This document shows, piece by piece, positions 47,780 through 56,730 of a DNA stretch of 64,000 nt. The notes beneath the pieces are model-generated. The model saw only the letters and a list, made by a program, of their open reading frames with translations, had not been told where the DNA came from and ran no database searches. The DNA is from a virus (taxonomy: Duplodnaviria > Heunggongvirae > Uroviricota > Caudoviricetes). Position 1 is the first letter of the stretch; each line of letters opens with the position of its first letter. The position numbers and the translations under genes were made by a program. The stretch covers positions 224,674 to 288,673 of IMG/VR virus record IMGVR_UViG_3300012347_000377. One strand, written 5' to 3'.

Positions 47780-48610
47780 ATGAAAAAAGTATTAGTTTCA
47801 ATAGCAAATTTGGAATATGTAAAATACTTTTTACCCCTAATTAAAAGTGCACGTAAGAAAGGTAATTGGGATGGTGATTTTTGTTTAATTATACCTAATG
47901 ATATTGATGTTGAATTGACAACTGAAATGAAATTTTATAGGATTCATTTATTTAAAGCACCATTATTACCTGAAAATCCACCAATACATTTTTATAAAAT
48001 GTATTTGTTTGATGAATATTTTAAAAAATGGGAATGGATATTATATTCAGATTTAGATGTCCTTTTTTTAAATCCAATAGAGTTAAAATTGAATAAGTTG
48101 GATAAAAATTATTTATATACCAAAAAAGATTCATATTCTTTTATGGAACATTTTTACAACAATTCAGAGGTAATTTTAACAGATGAACAAATAGAAGAAA
48201 AGGATAAAATTTTTAAAAAATACGGAGATGGTGATGCATTTCAAACTTGTTTTCTGTTATACCATTATAGTATGATTGAAAATGGGTATTTTAAAAAATT
48301 ATATCGTGCATATCTATACTACTATTGTTATTATGAATTAGCAAGAACTAAATGGTGGGACCAATCCATATTTAATATCGTATTTTTTGAAAAATGGTTA
48401 GATATTGGTGATGAGTTTGTCAATAGAAATCCTGCAATGGATGATATTGAATGGGATTTAAGTAAATTAGAAAGCGGATATATGGATACGAACAATTACA
48501 CATCCACATCAGCATTACATTTTTTTAGTTTTTTTCCGCCATGGGATGAGAGAAACTTAAAATTTTACCCAATATGGAATGGGTATAATAAAAAAATAGA
48601 TTTAATATGA
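47780..48610 (+). CDS. Glycosyltransferase family 8-like
   Basis: KMYLF..YSDLDVL; DQSIFN; ALHF..PPW. Confidence 0.75.
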   Translation: MKKVLVSIANLEYVKYFLPLIKSARKKGNWDGDFCLIIPNDIDVELTTEMKFYRIHLFKAPLLPENPPIHFYKMYLFDEYFKKWEWILYSDLDVLFLNPIELKLNKLDKNYLYTKKDSYSFMEHFYNNSEVILTDEQIEEKDKIFKKYGDGDAFQTCFLLYHYSMIENGYFKKLYRAYLYYYCYYELARTKWWDQSIFNIVFFEKWLDIGDEFVNRNPAMDDIEWDLSKLESGYMDTNNYTSTSALHFFSFFPPWDERNLKFYPIWNGYNKKIDLI

Positions 48611-49314
48611 GAACAATTTTATATAGTCATGGAGATTCGGTAGTTTGGGGAGCAGAATTAGAAACAAAACAAACCCAACGATTTTCACATCATATAGCAA
48701 ATCACTATGGATGGGAGGATTGTAATAATGCTTCTGCAGGAGTTTCAAACGATTATATCTATCGCCAAACTATGCGTGATGTTTCACATTGGTTAGAAAA
48801 TAAAGTAGTTTGGAGTGAAGAAACTGGTTGGGTAAAATCTGATAATTTATTTGTGATAGTTGGATGGACATCCCCTACTAGATTTGAATGGTGGAATGGT
48901 GGTGGGTATGAACAAGAACGTTTGTGGGTAGGATATGATAAGTGGGGTGAGAATGATACACATCGAACTACTGAAGACCAATTTGTTTTAAACCAAACTG
49001 AAGATATACCATCATATATCAGAACTTTTAATCACATAATTGGATTAGCATCATTTTTAGATAAAAACGATATACCATATTATTTTTTCAATACATTCTA
49101 TGATTATAAATTTCCATCAGAACCAGAAACTTTGATTGATTCATATGGAAGACCAACCCATCAATTAGATTTAAAATCACTTTGGAAACAATTACCACCC
49201 GAATTCAAAAACGAAACTATGTATAGTTATATCAAAGATAATGGTGGTAAATTATTAGAAAGAAATCACCCATCAGCAATATCGCATGAAATTTGGGCAA
49301 ACCATTTAATTTAA
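48607..49314 (+). CDS. SGNH/GDSL-fold protein (paralog 9)
   Basis: SHGDSVVWGAE; NNASAGVSNDY; VGWT; NHPSAISH. Confidence 0.75.
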   Translation: MRTILYSHGDSVVWGAELETKQTQRFSHHIANHYGWEDCNNASAGVSNDYIYRQTMRDVSHWLENKVVWSEETGWVKSDNLFVIVGWTSPTRFEWWNGGGYEQERLWVGYDKWGENDTHRTTEDQFVLNQTEDIPSYIRTFNHIIGLASFLDKNDIPYYFFNTFYDYKFPSEPETLIDSYGRPTHQLDLKSLWKQLPPEFKNETMYSYIKDNGGKLLERNHPSAISHEIWANHLI

Positions 49315-49484
49315 AAATATGAACGAAACCAAAAAATCAGAAGTCGTAAGTTTTAACATACGAGAGGAAAGACTTAAAGCAAAAAAGGATTCGAAAATCA
49401 AACCAAAAATGATTGATTCGATAAAAGAACAAGCAAAAAAACATTTTGAAGAGATTTTTAATCGATTCTAATATCTAAATTTAG

Positions 49485-49754
49485 ATGACAGTAGAACAAA
49501 TAGACCGTATCATTGAAATGGCTTGGGAAGATCGAACCCCATTTGAAGCAATATCATTTCAATTTGGATTAACCGAATCCGATGTAATAAAATTGATGCG
49601 GAGTGAACTAAAAGAGAGTAGTTTTAAACTATGGCGAAAACGAGTAAACGAAGGAGTAAGTCAAAAACATCTTAAAAAGAGAAACGAAGACATTGTCAGA
49701 TTTAAATGCAGTAGACAAACAAACATTTCAAATAACAAAATAAGTAAAAGATAA
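49485..49754 (+). CDS. TIGR03643/DUF2805 family protein
   Basis: IIEMAWEDRTPFEAI..QFGL.E..VIKLMR..LK.SSFKLWRKRV. Confidence 0.85.
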   Translation: MTVEQIDRIIEMAWEDRTPFEAISFQFGLTESDVIKLMRSELKESSFKLWRKRVNEGVSQKHLKKRNEDIVRFKCSRQTNISNNKISKR

Positions 49755-49755
49755 C

Positions 49756-50322
49756 ATGAAAAATCTGATAATAATATCACATCCTAACAAAAATAGTTTT
49801 TGTTATAATGGTATTCAAAAAACAATTAACAATACTTTAAAATCAAATAACGAAGAGGTTTATACAATTGATTTGTATGCAGAAAACACATCATTTGATT
49901 TTGGAAAGGATAAAGTAAGAGAATACAAAGAATTAATTCAATGGGCAGATAGAATTTATATTATATCACCCGTATGGTGGTTTAGATGCACACCGGCATT
50001 AGAATCGTTTTTTGACCAAATATTCACACCTGGATTTGCATACAATTTCATACCCCTAACTAAACTATACGGATACCCAAAACCATTATTGAGTGATAAA
50101 AAAGTTAGAACGTATTTAACACATGGTGCACCTGCATTACCGGTTGTTTCATTATATTTGAATTCTGTAAAATTGAGATTAGTGATGGGAGTTTATTCAT
50201 TTGTGTTCGGATGGTTTAAAACAAAAACACGTCAATTTTGGAGTGTTCCATTTGTATCACAAAAACAACGAGAAAAGTATCTAAAAAGAGTCAAATTAGA
50301 TGTTATAAGTGATTTATTTTAA
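49756..50322 (+). CDS. NAD(P)H-dependent oxidoreductase, flavodoxin_2 family
   Basis: SHPNKNSF; WAD..ISPVWW; FFDQIFTPGFAY. Confidence 0.85.
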   Translation: MKNLIIISHPNKNSFCYNGIQKTINNTLKSNNEEVYTIDLYAENTSFDFGKDKVREYKELIQWADRIYIISPVWWFRCTPALESFFDQIFTPGFAYNFIPLTKLYGYPKPLLSDKKVRTYLTHGAPALPVVSLYLNSVKLRLVMGVYSFVFGWFKTKTRQFWSVPFVSQKQREKYLKRVKLDVISDLF

Positions 50323-50352
50323 GTTATTTTTACTTTAACATATTTATATATA

Positions 50353-50592
50353 ATGACACCTGAAGAATTTTATCATATGGATCATATACAACGTTCAGAT
50401 GCGTTTGAGATGCGAATAACTTCTTTGGGATGGATGTTGGATTGCTACCGAAAGGGAACAATTCGAAAAAAAACAATATTAGGTCTTATACCACTAATTC
50501 AGTTGATTGAAATATTAGAATGGTTGGAAGATGAGGAACGTTATGAAGATTGTGTTATAGTAAAAAACATATTAGATGAAATATATCAATAA
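50353..50592 (+). CDS. Small UVR-motif protein
   Basis: LEDEERYEDCVIVK. Confidence 0.5.
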   Translation: MTPEEFYHMDHIQRSDAFEMRITSLGWMLDCYRKGTIRKKTILGLIPLIQLIEILEWLEDEERYEDCVIVKNILDEIYQ

Positions 50593-51133
50593 AAAGACTC
50601 TGATAATAGGTGGGGTAATTCTTACTCTGGTACTCCTATTTTTTTTATTTAAATCTTTAAATAAAGAAACTCCCTTCAGTCGAATTCAATTAAGTCCAAG
50701 TAATATCATATTCAATAGCACTTCAAATTCCTATATGGATACGATTGTTAGTGTGGGATTGAATGAATTGAAAATTAAAGATGTAGTTGTTGTAATTCGT
50801 CCAATTACTCCTGACATTTTGGATATGTTAAAATCCAAAGAACCTTCATTAGATATTAAGGCATTCATAATTGGTAGGGAAGACAACTATGTAATTTATG
50901 TAGTCAATTTAAGTAGAACTACTGCAATCGAAGTCCTATCACACGAATTAATACACTTGCAACAAACCGAAACCGGTAAGTTAATCAAAGGAACTAAATC
51001 TGTCAAATGGGAAGGTATTGAATATAGTCCAGAATTACCATACGAAGAACGACCATGGGAAAAGGAAGCGTTTGATAAACAAAATGGTTTATTGAATGAT
51101 ATAAAAACCACATTATACCAAGAAATCCAATAA
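50576..51133 (+). CDS. Membrane-anchored HExxH metallopeptidase-like protein
   Basis: N-terminal TM; VLSHELIHLQQ...RPWEKEAF. Confidence 0.75.
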   Translation: MKYINKKTLIIGGVILTLVLLFFLFKSLNKETPFSRIQLSPSNIIFNSTSNSYMDTIVSVGLNELKIKDVVVVIRPITPDILDMLKSKEPSLDIKAFIIGREDNYVIYVVNLSRTTAIEVLSHELIHLQQTETGKLIKGTKSVKWEGIEYSPELPYEERPWEKEAFDKQNGLLNDIKTTLYQEIQ

Positions 51134-51276
51134 TTAAGTTATGGCACTATTTAAGGAATTGAAGCAGTATAATGAAAGACTAAGACAATTACAAAGTTAT
51201 AAACCCTCGTATCCATTAGGTAAGTGGATTGTGGATATTAAAATCCAAAACGTGAAATACAGAATAAACAAAATCC

Positions 51277-51504
51277 TTGCGGAAATACGAAGAAGACATG
51301 GGAATAGGTAAAAAAATCATATCCACTATTAAAAAATGGGGATTTGTAGAATGGATAATCAATTTCAGATACTTAGGTTATTTAATAATACTAATTCATG
51401 CGTGGATGAAAATGGATATAAGTAAAGAAGAGTATATTGGATATGGTGCAGTTATTCTTATAATGGAACGAGTATCAAAAACAGCAATTAAAAAAACAAA
51501 ATAG
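51277..51504 (+). CDS. Small membrane protein
   Basis: Two hydrophobic segments; start probably 51298. Confidence 0.35.
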   Translation: MRKYEEDMGIGKKIISTIKKWGFVEWIINFRYLGYLIILIHAWMKMDISKEEYIGYGAVILIMERVSKTAIKKTK

Positions 51505-51507
51505 GTT

Positions 51508-51684
51508 ATGTTAGACAGATTATTGAGTAGAATTACAATGGTTCATAATGATACCAAGCCAGGATTTATGGATAAAGTAAGTGGTAAGTTGGTAAGGTAT
51601 TGGATGGATTGGAATTGTCAAGAATGGTTGGCGAGTAATAAATGGAGTAGAAGAGTTAAAGTAGAACCTAAAACGAAACGATAA
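51508..51684 (+). CDS. Small hypothetical protein (58 aa, not in track)
   Basis: Manual translation MLDRLLSRITMVHNDTKPGFMDKVSGKLVRYWMDW... Confidence 0.45.
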   Translation: MLDRLLSRITMVHNDTKPGFMDKVSGKLVRYWMDWNCQEWLASNKWSRRVKVEPKTKR

Positions 51685-51685
51685 T

Positions 51686-51811
51686 ATGAGCAGTAAATTT
51701 TTTGGTAATAAGAATGAAAAGAAACCCCTAACAACAAAGGGAGTTAAAACTACACAACCAAAATCAGTGCCTAAACAAACACAAGTAAGAAAGACCGGAA
51801 GAGGGAAATAG
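51686..51811 (+). CDS. 41-aa basic peptide (not in track)
   Basis: MSSKFFGNKNEKKPLTTKGVKTTQPKSVPKQTQVRKTGRGK. Confidence 0.5.
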   Translation: MSSKFFGNKNEKKPLTTKGVKTTQPKSVPKQTQVRKTGRGK

Positions 51812-51813
51812 AT

Positions 51814-51927
51814 ATGATATGTAAGTGTGGAGAAATAATGCGTAGAATTCAAACACCAAGTGGAGTGTATTGGATATGTGCGAAATGTAATGAAGTTAAA
51901 ATAGAATCCAACCAACCATCGGTATGA
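51814..51927 (+). CDS. 37-aa zinc-ribbon peptide (not in track)
   Basis: MICKCGEIM...YWICAKCNE; ATGA overlap with the next gene. Confidence 0.55.
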   Translation: MICKCGEIMRRIQTPSGVYWICAKCNEVKIESNQPSV

Positions 51928-52088
51928 AAATCAATCTAAATGATATTACTAAATTGGATGAGAGTGAAAGACCCCAAAAACCTCGAATCAAACCCACTAA
52001 ACCTCGCGTAAAATATGAAGAGGATATAAAGGAAAAGAAAAGAGATAGTTGGATAGGTATTAATAAGAGACTAGAAAATAGAAGGTAA
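51924..52088 (+). CDS. 54-aa basic hypothetical protein (not in track)
   Basis: MKINLNDITKLDESERPQKPRIK... Confidence 0.5.
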   Translation: MKINLNDITKLDESERPQKPRIKPTKPRVKYEEDIKEKKRDSWIGINKRLENRR

Positions 52089-52104
52089 TAAAACAAAATC
52101 GGTT

Positions 52105-52404
52105 ATGATATTAAAGAGACGTTTCCCCAATTTTATGGATTTAGGTCCAGAATTTTGGACAGAACATCAAATCAATTCCATTGAAGATATACACAATATA
52201 GAATGGATGGGAGATTGGTTGCGTAACCCTATATGGTATTCAGATAATAATCCCTACTTAAACCCAACAAAATATCCATATAACTTAATCGGTTCAATAC
52301 AAGATGAATCATACAAAACTCGGTATTTGGTAATAGGATTGTTCACCGAAGATCCATCCCAATTAGGAATACCTAAATTTCAAAAACCAAACGAAAATTC
52401 GTAG
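52105..52404 (+). CDS. Hypothetical protein
   Basis: ORF. Confidence 0.45.
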   Translation: MILKRRFPNFMDLGPEFWTEHQINSIEDIHNIEWMGDWLRNPIWYSDNNPYLNPTKYPYNLIGSIQDESYKTRYLVIGLFTEDPSQLGIPKFQKPNENS

Positions 52405-52553
52405 TAATACTACCTATATCCAATAAAAACTAAACCAATGGTAAGGAAATCATAAATGAACAACCAACACAACCAAAACGATAGTATCACTACTATAATC
52501 ATAGGTATGACAATAATAATAATCTTATTAGTCTTATTCACTCCCCTATCTAT

Positions 52554-52663
52554 ATAATCCCCACTACCGTAGGCCGGGACGAGAGACCCACCAACGAGAG
52601 TATCCCCATAATCCCCATAATAGATTAAATTTCTTTTAATCTTAATAATCCCCTATAATCCCC
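52554..52663 (+). repeat. Iteron-like direct repeats ATAATCCCC x4
   Basis: Exact copies at 52554, 52608, 52645, 52655, plus a partial ATCCCC at 52602. Confidence 0.75.
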
Positions 52664-53318
52664 TTATACTTAACTAATCTCGATTTGGTCTTAATCGTCC
52701 GGCCGAAGTCGTCAACTAGATTTTTTTTGATAGTATTTCCCCAATATTGGCGTATGATGAGTAGGAGTTGCGTAGAAAGGATTGAGATAAAAATCCGAAT
52801 TGCGTAACACTAACCCTTATTCAGACTCAGATAGTAGTAATTCCTATATAGGGGATAGTAATCAATAAGACTATATAGGGAACTAACTCTCTAATGAAAA
52901 GAGAACTCAATCCCTTATAAGTCAATAGGATAGAACACCCCATCCCCATAAACACTATACACATAAGAGTATAAAAGAAAGAGTATCAACCCTTCACTCA
53001 TGAGCTCACAACTCACACTACTGGGGGAGTTGGGGAACTGAAAATACTGACCTGCATAGAAGGGTTTTAACACCGCTGAGATTGTATCCGTATCACATTA
53101 TTACACTACATTAGAATTAACCTCCTATACCCCTTAAATGAACACGTCGAGGGGGTTATGGGTGGGGACTCCTTCTTTACTAATTGCTATATGGGGTCTA
53201 TATCATATTTCATTATGGCAAAGTATGTTATAATATATCGGGAGTAGTTAGGGTAGCGTAATAAAATGGAGGCACAAGCACGTCCTTTCGCTTGCTATAT
53301 TTTTTCTCGAGTGGAGTA

Positions 53319-53568
53319 TGACACATTGTCACTCCCCCCTATTGTTTACAATTGTGAATCCATTGCACGAATTGCAAAAGAAGTTCATATTCCTTGATGA
53401 TATGACAAATCGCACTAATCGGACACATTGTCATACTTTTTATTTGGAAATGTAAATTTTTTTTCGTATCTTTATAGGGTGGTAGGGCGGGAATAGATTT
53501 TCATTTCAATTCAGAATAGAAAAGTTTTGTCCAAGTGTGCAGTAGATCCAATTTATGACACATTGTCA
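53319..53568. promoter_or_regulatory. Three palindromic operator-like sites TGACA-CAT-TGTCA
   Basis: 53319-53331 and 53556-53568 exact; 53421-53433 with one mismatch; the latter two lie 9 and 21 nt upstream of promoters. Confidence 0.65.
53443..53474 (+). promoter_or_regulatory. Host-type promoter variant
   Basis: TTTG-N20-TATCTTTA. Confidence 0.6.
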
Positions 53569-53589
53569 GTACCATTTTTTTAAAATCAA

Positions 53590-53621
53590 TTTGGTAAAAT
53601 AAAATAATTTTCGTATCTTTG
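53590..53621 (+). promoter_or_regulatory. Bacteroidota primary-sigma promoter
   Basis: TTTG-N20-TATCTTTG. Confidence 0.8.
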
Positions 53622-53638
53622 TTTTAAATAATTCCAGA

Positions 53639-53950
53639 ATGTTTATACCCAAACACGATACCATGATGAGTTGGTGTCAGAAAAAGTTAGGAAAATCCCG
53701 ATGTAAAAGAATAAAGCTGTGTTACAGGAAGGATAAATGGTTAGGTGAGTGGGATTGGGAAGGAACTATACGTTTGAATATCAATCAGTTACACTCTACG
53801 ACTTCCCTATATAGGACACTTGCTCATGAATGGACTCATGCACAACAGAGGTATAAGGATTATGTTAGGTTAGATAAGATATACAAATATGAGCATCATC
53901 CTTTGGAAGTTCACGCACGAAGGGTTGAAAATTCTCTTTGGAAAAAATAA
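53639..53950 (+). CDS. Small HExxH metallopeptidase-like protein
   Basis: TLAHEWTHAQQ...HPLEVHA. Confidence 0.7.
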   Translation: MFIPKHDTMMSWCQKKLGKSRCKRIKLCYRKDKWLGEWDWEGTIRLNINQLHSTTSLYRTLAHEWTHAQQRYKDYVRLDKIYKYEHHPLEVHARRVENSLWKK

Positions 53951-53961
53951 ATGGAAAAAGA

Positions 53962-54001
53962 TTTGGATATGTGGAATATTTGTTGTATATTAGCTTTATA
54001 A
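53962..54001 (+). promoter_or_regulatory. Early-type promoter, TTAGCT class
   Basis: TTTG-N20-TATATTAGCTTTATAA. Confidence 0.8.
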
Positions 54002-54019
54002 GATTAAAAGATACGAATT

Positions 54020-54217
54020 ATGAAAAACTATCAACTATTATTATTCTCCGGATTTTGGTTCTTTATTGTTGCCCAGATTGGGACAGGTAAATACACTCAT
54101 ATGTTCGCAAGTGATTGGAACGAAATGGGTTGTGTTGTCATCGCACTCACATTAGGGGTATTATCCTTATTAGCAGTGAATTGGAAGAAATTCGGTACGT
54201 GGTTAGTATCATACTAA
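54020..54217 (+). CDS. Small two-TM early membrane protein
   Basis: Two hydrophobic segments; own promoter and terminator. Confidence 0.55.
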   Translation: MKNYQLLLFSGFWFFIVAQIGTGKYTHMFASDWNEMGCVVIALTLGVLSLLAVNWKKFGTWLVSY

Positions 54218-54343
54218 AATAACAAAGAAGACGATTGAGATTTCCTCTAGTCCTTTTTAAGTCATCAAATGGTTGTTGGGGAACAATCTATTTGAGTTGA
54301 GACCTCATATTCTCTCTCCTATTCCAAGAGTTCTCTCTGAACC

Positions 54344-54382
54344 ACCCACTACAAATTGGTCTCCGTAGTGGGTTATTTTTTG
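54344..54382 (+). terminator. Intrinsic terminator
   Basis: ACCCACTAC-loop-GTAGTGGGT followed by a T-run. Confidence 0.7.
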
Positions 54383-54415
54383 CCTAAAAATAAATGAAAA
54401 ATAAATCCATTTTTA

Positions 54416-54464
54416 TTTGGATATATGGAAATAATGTTGTATGTTAGCTGAGTAATAAGAGATA
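54416..54464 (+). promoter_or_regulatory. Early-type promoter, TTAGCT class
   Basis: TTTG-N20-TATGTTAGCTGAGTAATAAGAGATA. Confidence 0.8.
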
Positions 54465-54470
54465 AGAGAT

Positions 54471-54650
54471 ATGACAAACGAATTAGAGATTAACCCGATT
54501 TTATTAGATGAGAGATACGATGAACAGATAATGAACTTATTGATGTTCGAACGTTTTGATGGTAAGATATTCGATAGTGGCAAAAGTGGTTCGGAACGTA
54601 TCTATGAGGTATTGGGTGATATTGAATTAGGATTAGGTGTTAAATTATAA
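54471..54650 (+). CDS. 59-aa acidic early protein (not in track)
   Basis: MTNELEINPILLDERYDEQIMNLLMFERFDG... Confidence 0.55.
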   Translation: MTNELEINPILLDERYDEQIMNLLMFERFDGKIFDSGKSGSERIYEVLGDIELGLGVKL

Positions 54651-54661
54651 AATATAAAGAT

Positions 54662-54901
54662 ATGAGTAATAATAAGATGATTGAATTGATGACAATGATT
54701 GGTGAGACTACATCAGAGAACTTCTCTCCTACATTACGTGCTAAGTTAGTTAAGGTAAATGAGAAGACTGGGGTATGTACTATGGAGGTGGTTGAGTCTC
54801 CTTATACATCTATGAAAACTATGGGTTCGTTAAATGAGGATAGAATAGGTGAGAAATATAAAGCTCCTGTATATCGTATATGGAACGCATTCTTTTATTA
54901 A
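54662..54901 (+). CDS. Small early hypothetical protein
   Basis: ORF with AAAGATATG start context. Confidence 0.5.
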   Translation: MSNNKMIELMTMIGETTSENFSPTLRAKLVKVNEKTGVCTMEVVESPYTSMKTMGSLNEDRIGEKYKAPVYRIWNAFFY

Positions 54902-54918
54902 AAATAAATGGTAAATTA

Positions 54919-54967
54919 TTTGGATATATCAGATAAATGTTGTATGTTAGCTAAGTAATAAGAGATA
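54919..54967 (+). promoter_or_regulatory. Early-type promoter, TTAGCT class
   Basis: TTTG-N20-TATGTTAGCTAAGTAATAAGAGATA. Confidence 0.8.
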
Positions 54968-54973
54968 AGAGAT

Positions 54974-55195
54974 ATGAATACTACACTATTAAGTAACCGC
55001 GAGAATCCCCATTATTTCATCTGTCAAGGTGACATTAACATTATCAACAGAGATACTACTCTAATCGATACTCTACCATTTAAGGATTGGAGTGTTGCCA
55101 GTAAGTATGCTAAGAGTTTAGGTAAGAACTACTTCGCAGTATTCGCCTCACATATGGAGTGGGAGAAGATGGTAGGATATTGGGGCATAAAATAA
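54974..55195 (+). CDS. Small early hypothetical protein
   Basis: Has its own promoter. Confidence 0.5.
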   Translation: MNTTLLSNRENPHYFICQGDINIINRDTTLIDTLPFKDWSVASKYAKSLGKNYFAVFASHMEWEKMVGYWGIK

Positions 55196-55217
55196 ATCAA
55201 AAATAAACCGCTAATTA

Positions 55218-55266
55218 TTTGGATATGTGAAATATTCTTCGTATGTTAGCTAAGTAATAAGAGATA
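55218..55266 (+). promoter_or_regulatory. Early-type promoter, TTAGCT class
   Basis: TTTG-N20-TATGTTAGCTAAGTAATAAGAGATA. Confidence 0.8.
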
Positions 55267-55286
55267 AACATTAAAATATAAAAGAC

Positions 55287-55862
55287 ATGAAATCATCTAA
55301 AAAAATCAACGTAGTAGTAGAAGGAGTTAAAATGAGTTTACCTGCCAATGTGATTCAATATCGCAATGATGGTGTTACTCCTTATGTATGGGGTAGAGGT
55401 CCTATCGCTTCCTCTATGGTTAAACAATATGTGAAAGCCAAATATCCTCAAGTGGTATGTTCTGTTAAATCATCATCCTTTGCGAATGGTTCTTCTTTAG
55501 ATGTGTATGTTAGTAATCCTAATGGTTCTGAAGTTGAGAAGAGTATCTATCAAGATGTTGCTCGTTTCGCTGATTCATTTGAATACGGACGTTATAACGG
55601 AATGGAAGAAACATTTGAATACTACGAAGCTTCTGGAGTTAAGACTGAGAAGGGTATGGAAATCGAAGCTGGTGTGAAATACGTTCATACTAATAACCAA
55701 CCCGCGTTTGGAACTCCTGGAGATTGTGTGAGAATGTTAAGAGGTATGATGGCTGGTGAGTATGTATTCGGACCAGTAACCTTAGAGAAAGCAATCCAAC
55801 GAATCTTATCATACAAAATTCCTCAATCTAACATCGATAAGGCTTTACCATACCTTGCGTAA
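55287..55862 (+). CDS. LPD29-like (large polyvalent protein-associated domain) protein
   Basis: VKAKYPQVVCSVKSSSFANGSSLDV...FEYGRYNGMEETFEY. Confidence 0.55.
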   Translation: MKSSKKINVVVEGVKMSLPANVIQYRNDGVTPYVWGRGPIASSMVKQYVKAKYPQVVCSVKSSSFANGSSLDVYVSNPNGSEVEKSIYQDVARFADSFEYGRYNGMEETFEYYEASGVKTEKGMEIEAGVKYVHTNNQPAFGTPGDCVRMLRGMMAGEYVFGPVTLEKAIQRILSYKIPQSNIDKALPYLA

Positions 55863-55902
55863 CACTAACAACAATAACGACTCAATATAAACTATACTAT
55901 AT

Positions 55903-56172
55903 ATGAACACACAAGAAATAAAACACAGAAATTGTATTATCACTCCTACACCAACAGAGAAGTTTCCCCAAATGGTGACTATCACTAAAACCCCAAAGGT
56001 AAAGGAAATCTTTAATACCCGTAAGTATGTAACCCAATCACACGCAGTAATTGCGATAGATACGTGGGAAGCAGAATCCCTTATAGGAAGAGGAAGTAAG
56101 AAAGTAAGAGAAGAACTAATCGAGTTAGGGTTAGATACGGAAGAACCTCTGGACTTTGTGGACGAAAACTAA
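55903..56172 (+). CDS. Hypothetical protein
   Basis: ORF. Confidence 0.5.
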   Translation: MNTQEIKHRNCIITPTPTEKFPQMVTITKTPKVKEIFNTRKYVTQSHAVIAIDTWEAESLIGRGSKKVREELIELGLDTEEPLDFVDEN

Positions 56173-56366
56173 GGGAAGGGCGTAGGGGAGTGGCCACCCT
56201 TCGAGTTTCTTGTAAATGGGCAAATTCGAATTGGGGGCGGGGAGGCACGGATACGTTTATTTGTGCGGGCTAGCTTTTTTCTCCCTAGGAAAAGACAGGC
56301 TGGTTACCCCTATGGGGAAGGAAGATATATCAAAAGATTAAATGAGTCAATTAAATATGTAGTGTT

Positions 56367-56693
56367 ATGGATTCGGCAGAATTAAGACAAATGAGTATTA
56401 CAAACGCTAAACTAGCAATGAACCAAAATAATCCCTTTAATAACGATCCCACAAAGTTTTTATCCCATACTCAGCAACATTGTATTGGGACGATGATGAG
56501 TTTCTTTAAAAGAAAACGTGGAGAGAAGTTCCCATTAATGGATGCTAAATCAGGTAAGTGTATTGACGTCTCCGGTTGGAACATCTATGAATGGTTAGAG
56601 GTGGTATTAGCGAAGGGGAGTTATATTGATTCCCAAAAGGATATTTTAAACAATATTCGACAATGTTGGTTGGATGTAAGGGTAAAGGGTTAG
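56367..56693 (+). CDS. 'Y..LN..R..Y' paralog family protein
   Basis: GSYIDSQKDILNNIRQCW. Confidence 0.5.
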   Translation: MDSAELRQMSITNAKLAMNQNNPFNNDPTKFLSHTQQHCIGTMMSFFKRKRGEKFPLMDAKSGKCIDVSGWNIYEWLEVVLAKGSYIDSQKDILNNIRQCWLDVRVKG

Positions 56694-56730
56694 TTGCGGG
56701 TTGATACTCTTTTTTTAAAAAATATATGAT

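Noticed and set aside
53361-53380. Possible sigma-54 promoter (TTGCACGAATTGC)
   Set aside because: It lacks the GG and the -24/-12 spacing is 2 nt too short.
53962-55266. Regularly recurring ~50-nt repeats resembling a CRISPR or attC array
   Set aside because: The repeats are promoter units separated by 250-450 nt of coding sequence. They are not palindromic, and there is no cas or integrase gene in the window.
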